From positions 6,512,001 to 6,576,000 of the forward strand of contig CM119372.1 of assembly GCA_051294905.1 (NCBI GenBank): 64,000 nucleotides of DNA, read 5' to 3'. Shown piece by piece: positions 40,993 to 53,663 of this stretch (the stretch's first letter is position 1; every line of letters starts with the position of its first letter). The notes under the pieces are model-generated. The model did no database searches and was not told the origin of the DNA. It worked only from the letters and a program-made list of their open reading frames with translations. The DNA is from Botryllus schlosseri. Taxonomy: Eukaryota. Both the position numbers and the translations under genes were made by a program.

Positions 40993-42698
40993 ATGAGGTA
41001 CCGACGACCATTAATCATATCACAATCGTATGCCTATAGTACGAAAGTCTCTGAGGAAACAAATTTCAACAAAGAACATGTAACTACTACTGACCAATTC
41101 GGATATGGTAAATCAAAATTAGGCCGCAATGGAATGATCCAGGATGGAGGAGGCCACGAGAGCATTCCCCTGGTTTACGCCGGTTTACCATTGATGATTA
41201 CAATGATTGAGTGCAACTTAACTAAACAGAATTGGCCCATAGAAATGCGGCGATTATCGTTCGGTAGCTCGAAGCTCAATCTCGTCAGACCATGATACGT
41301 TCTCTATCGGAGCAACATATATCAAATGAGTATTCATTTCGGTGTTATTTAGCAAAATTGTATTTTATTTACACTGTATGTGATAGAAAAGGACGATAAT
41401 ATACATTGGCATATATGAGGTCGATAGAACTTGTCAATGCGGTACAGATCGTCGAAATGCAGCTGCAGATTATGATCTCTATGCGTATGGCTATGGTCTA
41501 GTTATATTGCGAATTGAACTCCAAGGATTTACGGATCACACGAAAATCGCGAATTTATTTGCGATCGCAAAATTGATGGGGTACCTGAGCCTTGATCAAA
41601 TAAGCGACCGTACTCGATTTGTCACAACGACTTCAATTTTACATGGTCTAAAAAGGATACGCGCAAATTGCCATCATTTCAGAGATAATCAAAACCCCAA
41701 GAATCCGACAGCCTGACACCATCTGTCACCGTCGGCAGGGTCAATGTTGTAAGAGGTTCTGAACAGCGCAAGTCAAGCGGTAATTGATTGCAATCAGTGA
41801 TTAAAAGCGAAATGATTTGAAGCACTGACTTAATCGCTAATAACTACAAATCTGTCGAGAAAATGTCATGCACTCATTAGATATCTAATTACCCACAAGT
41901 CCCGTATTGAACAGCAAATGAAAGCACAGGGTCTTTGATCGCGTAGTTGATTTTATTAGCGCACCGCAAGTTTGCAGTCTGCTCTATGAACCTATCGTGT
42001 GAATTACCGATCATCGCTGCATCGAAGATAGAATACTTATCGGCGCTAATGCCCGACAAAACAAAAGAATTACCGTAATCCAAGTTAGTGCTTGTAAGTT
42101 AAAGGCGATTAGCGCGAGAGGGAGAGCGAAATGGTCGTGATCCTGCTAATTGCAGGAGTTGCCTTTGCGCCAACTGGATCGACCATCACAAACTCTGCAA
42201 ATGAGAAAGACAGTTGTTGCGTAACAGGGGATGAGATACGAAATGATTGTGACTCGTTCACGGCGAAGTTCAATACAGCCCGGATTACGAATAGCGACAG
42301 TTGTTCCTCGGAAATTTTCGAATTCCCTTCTTACCTTCTCACTTGCGGAGGGGAGAGTGAATTGATTCAGGACAGCATCGATCGGCTAATCTTCGATAAT
42401 ATTCCGCTGCTCAAGGATAGCGACAGCCCTTCTAAATGCTCGACAGATACAGTACAGAGGCGCCAGCTAGACGAATTTCTCGGTTCCTCAGACTCCACAG
42501 ATAATAGTCGGGAACAGGATACGCGTCGTTCTGTCGAATACGGCGAATACGTGACTACAGCTCACATCTCACAAGAGGGCGTGGTTGATCAGAGGGTGAT
42601 CTCGCATTCACTTTCTCGTGATTGGAAACCTAATCATCCAAAGGTGGACGTTCACATTTGCAGGGAAGGAGACTCACCGTTATGTCGAGAAAATGTAT
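40993..42698 (+). CDS. Putative upstream coding exons of FoxH1 (40993-41107 and 42156-42698)
   Basis: The exon from ATG 40993 ends G|gtaaat (phase 1). The acceptor ctaattgcag|42156 is phase 1 and opens a 543-nt Ser/Asp-rich open exon ending T|gtaagc (phase 1). That fits the pyrimidine-rich acceptor ttttcaacttccctcaag|47050 (phase 1). No recognisable domain; support is phase consistency only. Confidence 0.5.
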
Positions 42699-44145
42699 GT
42701 AAGCTAGCTTGCTATGCCTTCTCTGTCTTACTCTTTGCATGCCTACAAATGCTGCGTCAAACGACCGCAATTTGCTACACTATGGGTTTTACTGGAAATT
42801 GATTGGATTCCTGGATGTGTGACGATATGGATAATTTTACAGCAACTCATGGTGGATTATACTGCGCCGTATTTGTCACAAAATCTGGCACGGCGGTCGA
42901 CATATTGCAATCCGAGACCAAGTTTTACAAACGGCAATTGGGGCGGGAGGATTCCAAATCCAATGAGCAAGGTAACTTTTTCGAATTTTTGTTCCGAATC
43001 TGAGTATGGATGATATTGAGCGTATTTATGTCGGGTCAATGTAAATGCATGTAAATGCCAACTATGGAATCCATTGTATTGTCATTTGCCCGCTCGTATC
43101 CGACCGAGTGTAGCTACCTGACCCGGAAAAGCATTGGTCAGTTGAAAATAGTATGTTTAATTTGCTCTTCAGATGTGTGTCACAAAAGCATGGCCTCAAT
43201 AATAAAACGTATTGTCAAGCCATTCGTAATTATGCCCCTTCAAAGTAGACGACCTCGCATGACGGTTGGTGCTTAGCGAGGTCTGCCGCAATGTTACAGT
43301 GGCTTTTAGCATGCATGTTTAAAGGCTTGCGTCTAAATACTGGACAGTGTGATTCAGCAGTGCGATGTACCGCCTACTTAGTGTTCTGTGCGATTGTTTG
43401 CAGGCAGATTAAATGGATCTGCGGTCCAATAGTTTTATTTATATCCCCTCGCTTTGAATTAGTAATCCCTGCACGCAGGAATTTCGCCTGATTGCCGTTG
43501 AGGAGCAGATTTGCTTGGTAGGTTACACTAATAAGCAGATGGCTGTGTTGGTGAAGTCAAAAGTACATCGGTACGTGTGATCAGATCCTCGTAAAATCAA
43601 AACATATACTTCTAATAGCTGTTTTATTCGTGAATCGTTACATAACAAGGTAACCACGCCATATAACCTTGTAACTTATCTGCGTCTGCAGATTGCAAGA
43701 TTTTAGTTATGCCGCGGTATGATTTCGGGGCTTTGTATTATGGTTGGTTATTATTTCTTTGTATGTTGCATCAATAAGAATATGAAATAATCTTTTATAC
43801 GCGCTAATATCAATCAAAGTGCTGACTTCTGACGAAGAACATGATGTGATCGATTCGCTTCTCAGATAGAGCTCTGTAAAGAAACGGTAGTAATTTGTAT
43901 TTTGTCAAGAGTCGTAGCGCATTAACGACATATCTTCATTCTTCACTTTTGAAAACTTTATCTGGGTCCAGACATTTGTGGCTACCGAACTTGCCTCCAT
44001 CTCGCAACAATTTCAAGTCTCGTGTGGGCAGTACATAAGCCTTTAGCCCCACATGACCACAAAACACCGACTCGCGACTGAGTGATATTCAAACCAGTTG
44101 GCATTACACTACCGACTGTAAAGTGAAAAGAGTGTGTAGGCAGTG

Positions 44146-45698
44146 CATGGTTCTCAAACTTCTTTAGACACGCTCCCCTTAATGATGGTGAAAATTTTCG
44201 CTCGGACCCGCTGATCGCCATATCAAAAAAAAAACAGTAAAAAGAACAACGAAAATGTTTGCAATCCCAACACATAGTTTGGTAGTATTTAAGTTTATGA
44301 CTGTCGAGATATCTGTCAAATATGAGATTAGGACCATACACAGAGCAATAATTATCAGCTGGAGGTAAATCGGGCGGAGGTGGAAAAAATTTTTAGATGA
44401 ATAATTTGGCCAGAATAATCATGTGCAATGGCAGCAGGTGGCATAAATACATATTTTAGCGATTTTGGTGCCTAATGACTTTATTTCCTGACTTGGACTT
44501 TGCTCAAGCGCAGGGCCGGCCAACCCGTGGCCCGCGAGAAGGGTTTGAGTGGCCCGCGAGGTAATTTCCGAAATTTCTATTATCATCAAAAATGGATTGC
44601 ACAGATTTTGAGCTTGCATGGCCAACCAAAAATTTGATTAGTCTGGCCGCAATACTTGAGATGTGATAACTAAAATATCAGTTCCAACGCATTGACAGAT
44701 CCATCAGCCATTCACATATTGGTATATCTTCGTACACTACAATAGAGCAGAATAATTTGCGATAGATCTATCAAAGGTAAAAATTTTCTACAAGCTTAGC
44801 GCAATATGTTGTCACTCGATTTCTTGTTTTTAATATTGTTGCCCATTTGCGAAAATGGAAGAACACCTAATGTATCAGATTGAGTCAACTATATTCGCGA
44901 TTACGAGACAAAGTGTCGTTCAACATATGCGACCTTGCGTTTGCGCTCGCAGTAAGACCGTCGACCATGAAACCTAGGCACGAAATGATTGACGTATGTT
45001 GGTCACAGCTTTCGATATCGATATGTCCATACGCCGAATAGCCCAGTCGTCGCAAACTTAGCCCAGCGATATACAGCAGGCCCGCAATATAGTCAAGTGA
45101 CAATAATATTGACCTATGAACTTGAAAAATTTTTCGCGCTTCGCGCGGATAGTGGCCCGCGCAAGAGTTCGCCAATCGAATGTGGCCCTTCGGCCGAAAA
45201 GGTTGGCCAGCCCTGCTCAAGCGTATCTGATCATAAGCTAAATCATAAACCAATCCGGATCCAAGCCACTTCGATTTGAATTCTAATTTCTAAGATTCGA
45301 TAAAGGGTATGTGACAAATGACATATGGCATGACCTTATAAGGAAATATTTGTTTTCTCCATAATGCTGTGTCTTACTACACGGTCTGTACAAATGCTTG
45401 ACAGACAGACCATGAGAGCATCATCTGACACCTAAACGCATTCACCATATTACTCTTAATTCTGAGACATATTATGATCGGTGCGTGGTCCGGTATCAGT
45501 CACAATCTAGCATCGTTGTATGGTATGGTATGATACGATGTAACTATGGCATTTAAAGTTGTAGTATAATTCGGATTACACCCGTTGTTTCAACTTGGAA
45601 GTTTCAGCACATATTAAACTCATTCCAAGTTCAAAAAGCCACACATCAGTTTCTTTTACGCCCCCAAGGGGGCGCGCCCCCTAGTTTGAGAACCACTG
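44146..45698. mobile_element. hAT MITE (CAGTGGTTCTCAAACT TIR), host of a nested MITE
   Basis: catggttctcaaact / agtttgagaaccactg, degenerate TSD aggcagtg/atgtagtg. Confidence 0.6.
44511..45215. mobile_element. hAT MITE (CAGGGCCGGCCAACC TIR)
   Basis: TIRs cagggccggccaacc / ggttggccagccctg, perfect TSD ctcaagcg. Confidence 0.9.
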
Positions 45699-46232
45699 AT
45701 GTAGTGCATTCATGTCCAAAAGGTGGTACACGAAGACAGAACCGACCTCAGAATTCATAAACCTCGTTCTCGTGGTGTCGATCGAATATTTCACCTAGCT
45801 CGTTAGCGACTGAAACGCATTCCCTTCTTTGCGTGTTTTAATTTCATTATTGCGCGCTTTGAGCAATCGTAATTAACAATCTGCGTTTTTTTCTCTGTAT
45901 GTATTCAATCGCTGGCTTAGTGCCTTTGGTTACTTTACGAAAGACACGGTTCTGAATGATTCATGCTGTGTAGCATTGTTAAAAATCCTATGCGCCTACG
46001 TTCCGCTGGACTCCATTTGTGCCTGTTTTTTTATTGTCAACTATTATTTAGTTTAAATATTGTGTTTGATTTATAACACGGTATAATTGTGAGGTAAGTT
46101 CTATTTTCGTGTAGCGCCCTTTGCAGTGTTTTGTCTTCCTTTTTCAAGAAATCGAAAATGGCCTCCTTTTTGGCAATTCGTCCTCCTTTATAGCTTTGGA
46201 AGTCGGGCGATTGTACACTGTACAGTGTACAG

Positions 46233-46631
46233 TAGGGGTATTCAAAAATGACTTTTTTTCTCAAATCGTACTGGCTACTTGATGAAATGGGATTATGAAT
46301 AAAATAGTATTTACGGTGACCAATTCTTCTTTTATTCAAATCCAGGTTTTTCGACGGCAATAACTCCGCTTCCACTGGTTGGAATTGAACCAAATTTGGT
46401 GAACAGCGTTTCTATAGACATCCTAACACTTCCATGGGATGAAGAGAAAATATTTCAAATGTTTTGTTATTTATTTTTATCTAATAAATAGAAACTTTCT
46501 TCTCCTGTAGCAATGCGGCTGCTGGTTTGAATTGAACCAAAATTGGTGTGTAGGCTTGAATTAGGTAACCTAACAATTTCATCAAGTAGCCAGTACGATT
46601 TGAGAAAAAAAGTCATTTTTGAAGACCCCCA
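46233..46631. mobile_element. Foldback hAT MITE family B
   Basis: taggggtattcaaaaatgacttttttt / aaaaaagtcatttttgaagaccccca, TSD gtgtacag/ctgtacag. Confidence 0.85.
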
Positions 46632-47049
46632 CTGTACAGGGACAGCTGAAAGACGCCATAAATGACGCGGAACTGGATTTCGACGGCAGTGACGGCAACG
46701 TTGACTAAAAAAAGGTCAAACCCAACCGATTCTACGATAGAGCGAGCGTTTCGGGAGTCGAGTCGGAAAAATGACATTTTTTCAGTAAAAACAATACTTT
46801 TCGTAAAAATTCTCAAATTATCCGATTTCTCGTCCGCTATTATATCTTTTGTGGCTTCTAAAAAGTGTCGTCTTTTTCATCTCTCAAAATATGGTAACAC
46901 TACCTTTTGGTTCTGAACATCATTTTGTTATTTTTGTGTACCGTGTATGGTCACGTCGGTTACGCGGACTCATCTTCCCTCTGGGCAGAGTACTCCGAAC
47001 CTCGAAAACCAAGCCGTCTTCTGTCGAAACCTTTTCAACTTCCCTCAAG

Positions 47050-50000
47050 ATCCGTCGCCCGCGGTGTGTGGCAAGAGGAAATCAACAGAACGTTGTCAAG
47101 CAGGGTCGATGAAGAAGAAAAAAGTTCCAGACAAGAAGTAGGAATTGAGCATCGGCGGGTGATGGCAAGAAATACATGTTTCGCGAAATATCTAGGTATC
47201 ACCGACACGCCAAGCCTCCGTACTCCTACGTCGGCTTGATCGCCCTAGCGATTCAAAGCTCGCCTACTAAGATGTTAAAGCTGTCGGACATCCTCAACAA
47301 GATTAGCACCATGTTTCCGTTTTTTAAGGTATTCTAGCATTTTGTTTGCGGTCCAATACAGTCAACACTTATTTTACTAATTCTTGTTGAAGGGGGAATA
47401 TCAAGGTTGGAGGGACTCTGTGCGCCATAACCTCTCACAGAACGCGTGTTTTACAAAGGTGAGCTCTATGGTTGCAAGCTGCACTACGAAAAACGATTGG
47501 ATTACATTAATGGGCTCTGCGATATGGCTGAGCGCCGCAATTACGAAATATGTAACTCGCGAAATGCTTTTTCACATTTGACGTCAATAATAGATAGCGT
47601 ACAATGTTCTTGTAGCCTTCCTGCTTTCAAGCGTATGCAAGAACATTCCCAGTGCTTTGGGCGTTACATTCGCGGCGTTTCGACTAAACTGGTGGTACGA
47701 TTGTTGATATGTTCTTTTCAATTCTCTACCAGTTCCTGACGATTACCCCAGAAGTATTCGCGTCTCTCTCAGTGTGAAAATATTATTCAATTGAATAAAC
47801 TAAGCATACCTGTTTAAGGTATTGCCAGACCCCGCACGACCGCATTCCAAAGGCAATTTCTGGTCCGTCGACATCTCTAAAATACCTCCCGATAAACTGA
47901 AAAGACAGAATACAGCAGTGTCGAGGAACGTGGCCCCTGGCTTCACTTATGCGAGGTAACTTGTGTAGTATATTGTATAGTTCTCATCATTGACCGGTAG
48001 TGCTGAGATTAACGCCCGCCTTTTTTTGCCAGGGACTTGAATGAGATCTTCGATCTCGAAACCGGGCAGTTACGGATATTTTCGCATCCTCGGAACGACA
48101 CAGCTGATGCTTCACCTGATATGGGAGTTCTTGACGAGGCTCATCAATACCTTGCGCGGCAAAACTGTCAGTACAGCGCGTCGTCTCTGCCATCCGGCAG
48201 TCAAGCGCTGACTCCAGGCAGTGTCTCTCTACCAGAAGGTGGGATTGGTACACATTATACTATGCGAGTCCTGTGGATTTCACTATTTAGTAGGGATGGT
48301 GTGAACCTCTGAAAGGTTCAGGTTCGTGTGAACGTGAACCTTTTTGAAACGTTCTGTGTGAACACGAACGTGAACCTCATGACGTCACGTGACGTCATGT
48401 TGTTAATTTAAACCCCATATTTCAATTGGGTGATTGCCTATATTAATCTACTGTACACGATACCGAGCGACGACTCGGGGCCACATAATAGCTCGGTACT
48501 TAAGTACATATTAACGTTTGAAATGTCGCCAAATGTATCAACTGGGGCAATCAAATGATATATTATTCCAATAAAATCAGTATCTTGCGTCGCTTTGCCA
48601 ACAATTGCGACCTGATCGGACAATGTAATCGGCGTCTGAGTATTGCCACATGCATATTGAGCAGAGTGTAAAATGGGTTTCTATACTTGCTACCGATTAA
48701 CAAGTTATACAGCAGTATAGCCAACACCCCAGTCGCACGAATTTGGTTTTTATGATACAGTATACATATGTAGTCGAGATTGACCCCGAACGCCTGCTAG
48801 ATTTTTACATCAGAAGACGATATCAATCTCATTTATTGGTTGGATAAGGATCATTTGCAGACAAAATACAGAGAATTTCGCTCTTGATGCCATGTGATTG
48901 CGGGTCAAGCTCACAGCACAGAGACACTAAATATGCACAAACGGAAGGCTGGATATTTCGGGCAAACTTTTGTAACAATACAAGTAAATTTTTGAGATTG
49001 CCAGGGGCATGCTCGTTTAGTGTTGTGCTGCCAGCCCCATGCATATAGTGGCCCGCAGTTGAAAGTCAATAAATTTGAACCAAAGATGTTATAATGAAGT
49101 GAAAATTGCAATATATGAAAAAGGTTCACAGTGCAGAACCTACCAAGGTTCTGTTGTGAACGCGAACCTCAAATTTTCCGAGGTTCACACACAGAACACG
49201 AACGTGAACCTCACGTTCACACCATCCCTACTATTTAGTACAGAGGTCTCAAACACGCGGCCCGCCAGAGCATTTTGTGCGGCCCGCGACGACATTTTAG
49301 ATTTTTAATACTTTGAAAATATTTTAGTGTCACATATCTTTTCAGGTTATAAAGTCAAAATCCCCTCTTAAATTGCCCCGAAAGTCTGAAACTATTCATC
49401 AAACTTCACCATCACATCAATTGCAACTGCTACCATGCAGTGGAAGATTCACTATTTCGCCACATTTCCAATTCATGATGACAAAAGCTGACCCTTAGAC
49501 GATTCCTTAGACTGAAATTTGTGAGTTGGACTTGGACGCGATGTTTCTTAGAATTACTCAGACTCGGGCTAACTCGATGGCAAAATGAAAATGACTCGAG
49601 TGGACTGGGAGTGACTCGGAATGCCGTGAATTTGTTAGAATCATGGACGCAACAAACTAATCGCGTATCCGGGGAATAGTAATAGAGCAGAAGGTCGCAG
49701 CTTGGTATTTCACTAACTAAGCAAGTAGTTATGACAACTATTGGCAATCTGTCAGTTACATCTTCGGTCGCTAAACCAGGTTATTAGGGCCACTTACAGG
49801 TACCGAGTACCGTTGTGGTACGCTCCAACGATGTAACAACAATGGGCCGTTCGGCGTTCCGACATTTCAATCACTAGGACACATTCATTAATATATTTAT
49901 ATTATATTTATATTTGTTTCTGCTCCTATATTTGAAGATATTTGGCCATGAGATTAATAGCCTACTTAAGCTGATTGGAATTACAATGGTCAACCTAAAA

Positions 50001-53000
50001 ATGTTTTGATATCAGATCAGTCTCTATTATCAATCTGTTAAATTCAAAATATTCATAGTAGCTGCAAAATTATCACCCGATAGCTTTTATGATGGGATCA
50101 TACATTTGTCCGCCCATATGGTGTCTATATGTTATAATTAATATATATCAAGTACAACAACAATTCTATTCAAATAGTTATAAATGTGATGATTCTTTTC
50201 TTGCCAGGGCTAAATTTATAGCAGAGGAAATCACATTTTGACGATGTATGTTTACTGATAGTCTGCTGGATCGGCTCACTTTCAATAGGACAATTCATTC
50301 CCGCCAAATAAGGCATACTTGGAAAGACATAGACCACCCCTATAAATGCTGCGGCCCGCGGCGGCGTCAAAACTGGAAAACTGGCCCGCGAGCACATTTG
50401 AGTTTGAGACCTCTGATTTAGTATATTATACGATTATCATAGGTATACTCGTTAAGTTATTCATGATGGGAATCAATAGTTTCGCCGAAACGTTTCGGCA
50501 TGTCTATTATCGGAGACTATATTATCTGGTTCGAGCCCGACTGTAATATGGTGAATTGTCGAGTTTGGGTACCATACCGACGGTTTTAGACCCAATATAC
50601 GCGACCTCATTCCACCCTACTTCACTGAGCTTTCATTATGTTACTCTGGCCATCAAACCCGACTCTCTTCGGTGTCCAGGGGAGGTGTATTCATTGACAA
50701 AAGAGATTTTATTCAACATAGAACTGAAATATACGGATCCGGTATTGAAGCGTCAAGATTCCAGATTCAATTACCGCCTGAGTATGCCTGTGGACAACTT
50801 TTTGCTATTGCAGTCGTAATATAGCTTAGTTGCATCGGCCGAGGATGTCCTGACCACGCTCACGGTTGTTGTGTTAGTTTTGAATTTTGATGGTGTTCCG
50901 TCATCACGTCATGTCATTTTATGACATGGAATCAACACCAGGCCAATATTCTTTTATGATCTTGAACTGCCGACTTTGATGAACTGCCCAATTTTGTTCT
51001 AGACTTTTGTGTAAAAGAAGGCGATTTGGAGCCTGGATAACCCTCCACCATTAGAGCTGACCTCGGTCGGAGTCGACCCCGCGACCCATTGGTGTTGCAG
51101 TCCATGGTAGTACTAGCCACCAGATAGGCTACGTTCCAAATCTGCAATAGGTTAAGTTTGAGCGCGACCTGGGTCGACACCAGAATTCCTACCAATGTGT
51201 TGCGGTTTTTGGCAGGCTCCTCCTCGGATGTGGCCAAAGTATCTATCGATGGCACTCCAGAATTACAAGTAACATCGTAGATTTCTACTCGAGTAGAAGT
51301 AGCGATTCTCGAGTAAGTAGAAAGTGAGTCGCCTCGACGAAGTTTTGCGTACAAAACTGAAATCTGTCAAGTAAAAGTAGGAGTAGTCTAAAGTTTACGC
51401 GGCGTCTTTCAAAAGCTCGGAAAAATAGTGGGCCGTGCTAAAATTAAGCAGTTCTGTGATCACGAAAATGAATACAAGAGTGGTGTATGTAGCTGAAACA
51501 CTATACAACAACCTGATATCTACGTCCGCCATAATGACTGAAATTCATGTAGGCTACCTCATCATGGTGGCCTGAATTGATGGTCCTCCTCCGTGCTGTT
51601 GTTGAAATACCGGCACTGCCGAGTTGTATTATTCAATAACTCTATTATCACGACACATTGTAGAAACCTGCGCGTCGTGTGGTAACGACGGCTGCTACGG
51701 ATGTAATCGCGGACGCATCACTTCAAGGGCCTCATCGGTACCGCAAGATGTCGCCATCACGCAATATCGCATCTCGGACCGATCGCGTACGCCAGCCGAC
51801 GATCTTCACGACTGCGAATTGTAAGTCCGCTTTTCTAAACTTTGAAGCAGAGGTTCTCAACTTCACATGTAAAACGGGTCAACATATACTCAGAACATTA
51901 TTACCATATGTTTGCACCATTTGGTTCATCAGTCTTAACAGACTTGTAAAAACTAGGCTGCTGGATTTTCAAAATACGCAACTAGAAGTAGAACAAACGC
52001 GCAACTAGCTAGATTCAATTCCTAACCAACTCGTTATTTTTTATTCTATCGGAATCAGATCGGTATTCCTCATGAACATCAGTACAATACGTGGTTTCGA
52101 CCCCCAAACTAGCTACACCACTGCTGGTAGTGTGATGACTCTGAGCTAGCAATGGCCGCAAGAACATCACACAATAGAACATCAGTATCACGATTCGCGC
52201 GGTATACCGACGATATCTGTTTTCTAGTTGTTAGCAGCTAATATTTTAAATGCAGTTAACAGGGCGCCGACTAATTATAGATGGGTAGTTTGTACAATTC
52301 CTAGTCATCTAATGATGGCTACGTGACTTTCCAACTGTTTAACGCGATACATCCTTATCGCAGGGTACAACGATCGGTGGAATACGGTTTTCATGGCAAC
52401 CGAACGAATGCCGACACCGCCGATCTCGAAACAAGGCGTTATTCCACCGAAAGTCCAGTGCCGACAGACAGCTCGACAGACATTGACAGTAAAATCTCTC
52501 CAGACAACTGCAAGGCGAGTCCGAATCACTCGTCTCGCCGTAAATGCGGCAAAGCCACCCGGCAAAGAAGAGTAGACCACGCCTACCGCCGGGACCGAAG
52601 AATCGCGGGTATCGACGGAGACGAGGCGCCGTGCTCGTGCGCGGGTAGCGACAGCAGCCGCTTGTCCCAGACATCCTCGAATTCGACAGACAGAGCACGC
52701 CACTCTGGCGTATCAGGATCAGAGCTATTGTCGAACCAAAGAGCGAACACTCTAAATCGTGTCGTGGACGATGAAGTTAACTTAAAGGAAGTACTCCACT
52801 ACGGTGGATGTAAGTCAACCTCGGACCCAACCCGCCGTCGGTCGAAATCGAACTCGAATTCCCCGTCTCCGATTTCCGTTTCTCCTCTGCCCGCTTCCTA
52901 TTCGGAAGCGGACTCGGCTCCACCGAACCAATGCCCGTTCGAGACGACCCGAACTCGCGACAAAACGCTCGATTCGAATCGAGACTCGACCCACAATAAC

Positions 53001-53663
53001 ACGAACTCGTTCGAACCAGTCGGACCGCCGAATATCACTCTCCCGGTCTCGAGACTATCAGGAAGCTGCGACAGTCGTTCCGCGTCGAGCGCTCGCCATC
53101 CGAATCGAACCGAATTTACGAGTTCGACTCCCGTGAGCGGAGTTACGAAACTTGCCTTCCCGGATCAGTTCGAGTTTATAAAAGAACAGGCGTCGATACT
53201 TAGTGGTCACCGGCCCGGTGTGACTTTAAATAATAACTACCAACACGCGACACGTTGCGAACACGCGTCGAATCTACGCATCGCGATTAACGGGATAAAT
53301 TGTTACAATAACGCAAGGGCACTGACGTCAGAAATTCCGCCTTCGCTATACCGTCCTCGACATTATTGGGATAGCGAAATCGCGTTGCGTTCCGGTAACG
53401 TACTCCCCGCCCACTATCAATTTAATTTGCCCTACCCGGCCAATGCCCAAACGCGTTTTTACCACCCTAACCACAATATTTCGCCTGAATTTCGGCCCAC
53501 GCGCGACCGCATGTTACCGTACGGTCACGCGCTCACGCAGCGAAGTCCACGTCCCTTCAATTACTACTCATCCGCACCATATGCACATCCGCACATGCAC
53601 AGAGCGAACACGTACGGCACGTCCGTTCCGTCCGACTTGGACGCGCGCGATTTTGACGGCTAA
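47050..53663 (+). CDS. FoxH1: Forkhead box H1 (FAST-1-like) transcription factor, core exons
   Basis: Exons 47050-47137 (or from ATG 46947), 47196-47328, 47393-47458, 47819-47955, 48033-48238, 51664-51820, 52364-53663, all GT-AG and phase-compatible. The spliced forkhead domain reads [104 protein letters not shown]. LKLSxIL, FPFFKGxYxGWxDS and KGNFWxVDxxxIPxxxxKxQNT are FoxH-class signatures. Confidence 0.9.
48291..49230 (-). mobile_element. hAT MITE family C in a FoxH1 intron
   Basis: TIRs tagggatggtgtgaac / gttcacaccatcccta, perfect TSD ctatttag. Confidence 0.92.
49241..50415 (+). mobile_element. hAT MITE family D in a FoxH1 intron
   Basis: TIRs cagaggtctcaaac / gtttgagacctctg, perfect TSD atttagta. 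Confidence 0.92.

Noticed and set aside
42131..42802. Stand-alone 223-aa secreted protein (hydrophobic start MVVILLIAG)
   Set aside because: The apparent signal peptide overlaps a good splice acceptor (ctaattgcag) and there is a donor at 42699. It is better explained as an internal exon, though not excluded.
50932..51354. 140-aa minus-strand ORF in a FoxH1 intron
   Set aside because: No domain recognised. Another frame has a faint RYFGHI string reminiscent of LINE C-termini, too weak to call.
52059..52126. Possible extra FoxH1 exon
   Set aside because: Its donor would be phase 1 while the next acceptor (52364) needs phase 2. Exon 51664-51820 joins 52364 directly in frame.
52305..52703. Minus-strand ORFs of 132 and 119 aa
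   Set aside because: Shadow ORFs of the GC-richer last FoxH1 exon.
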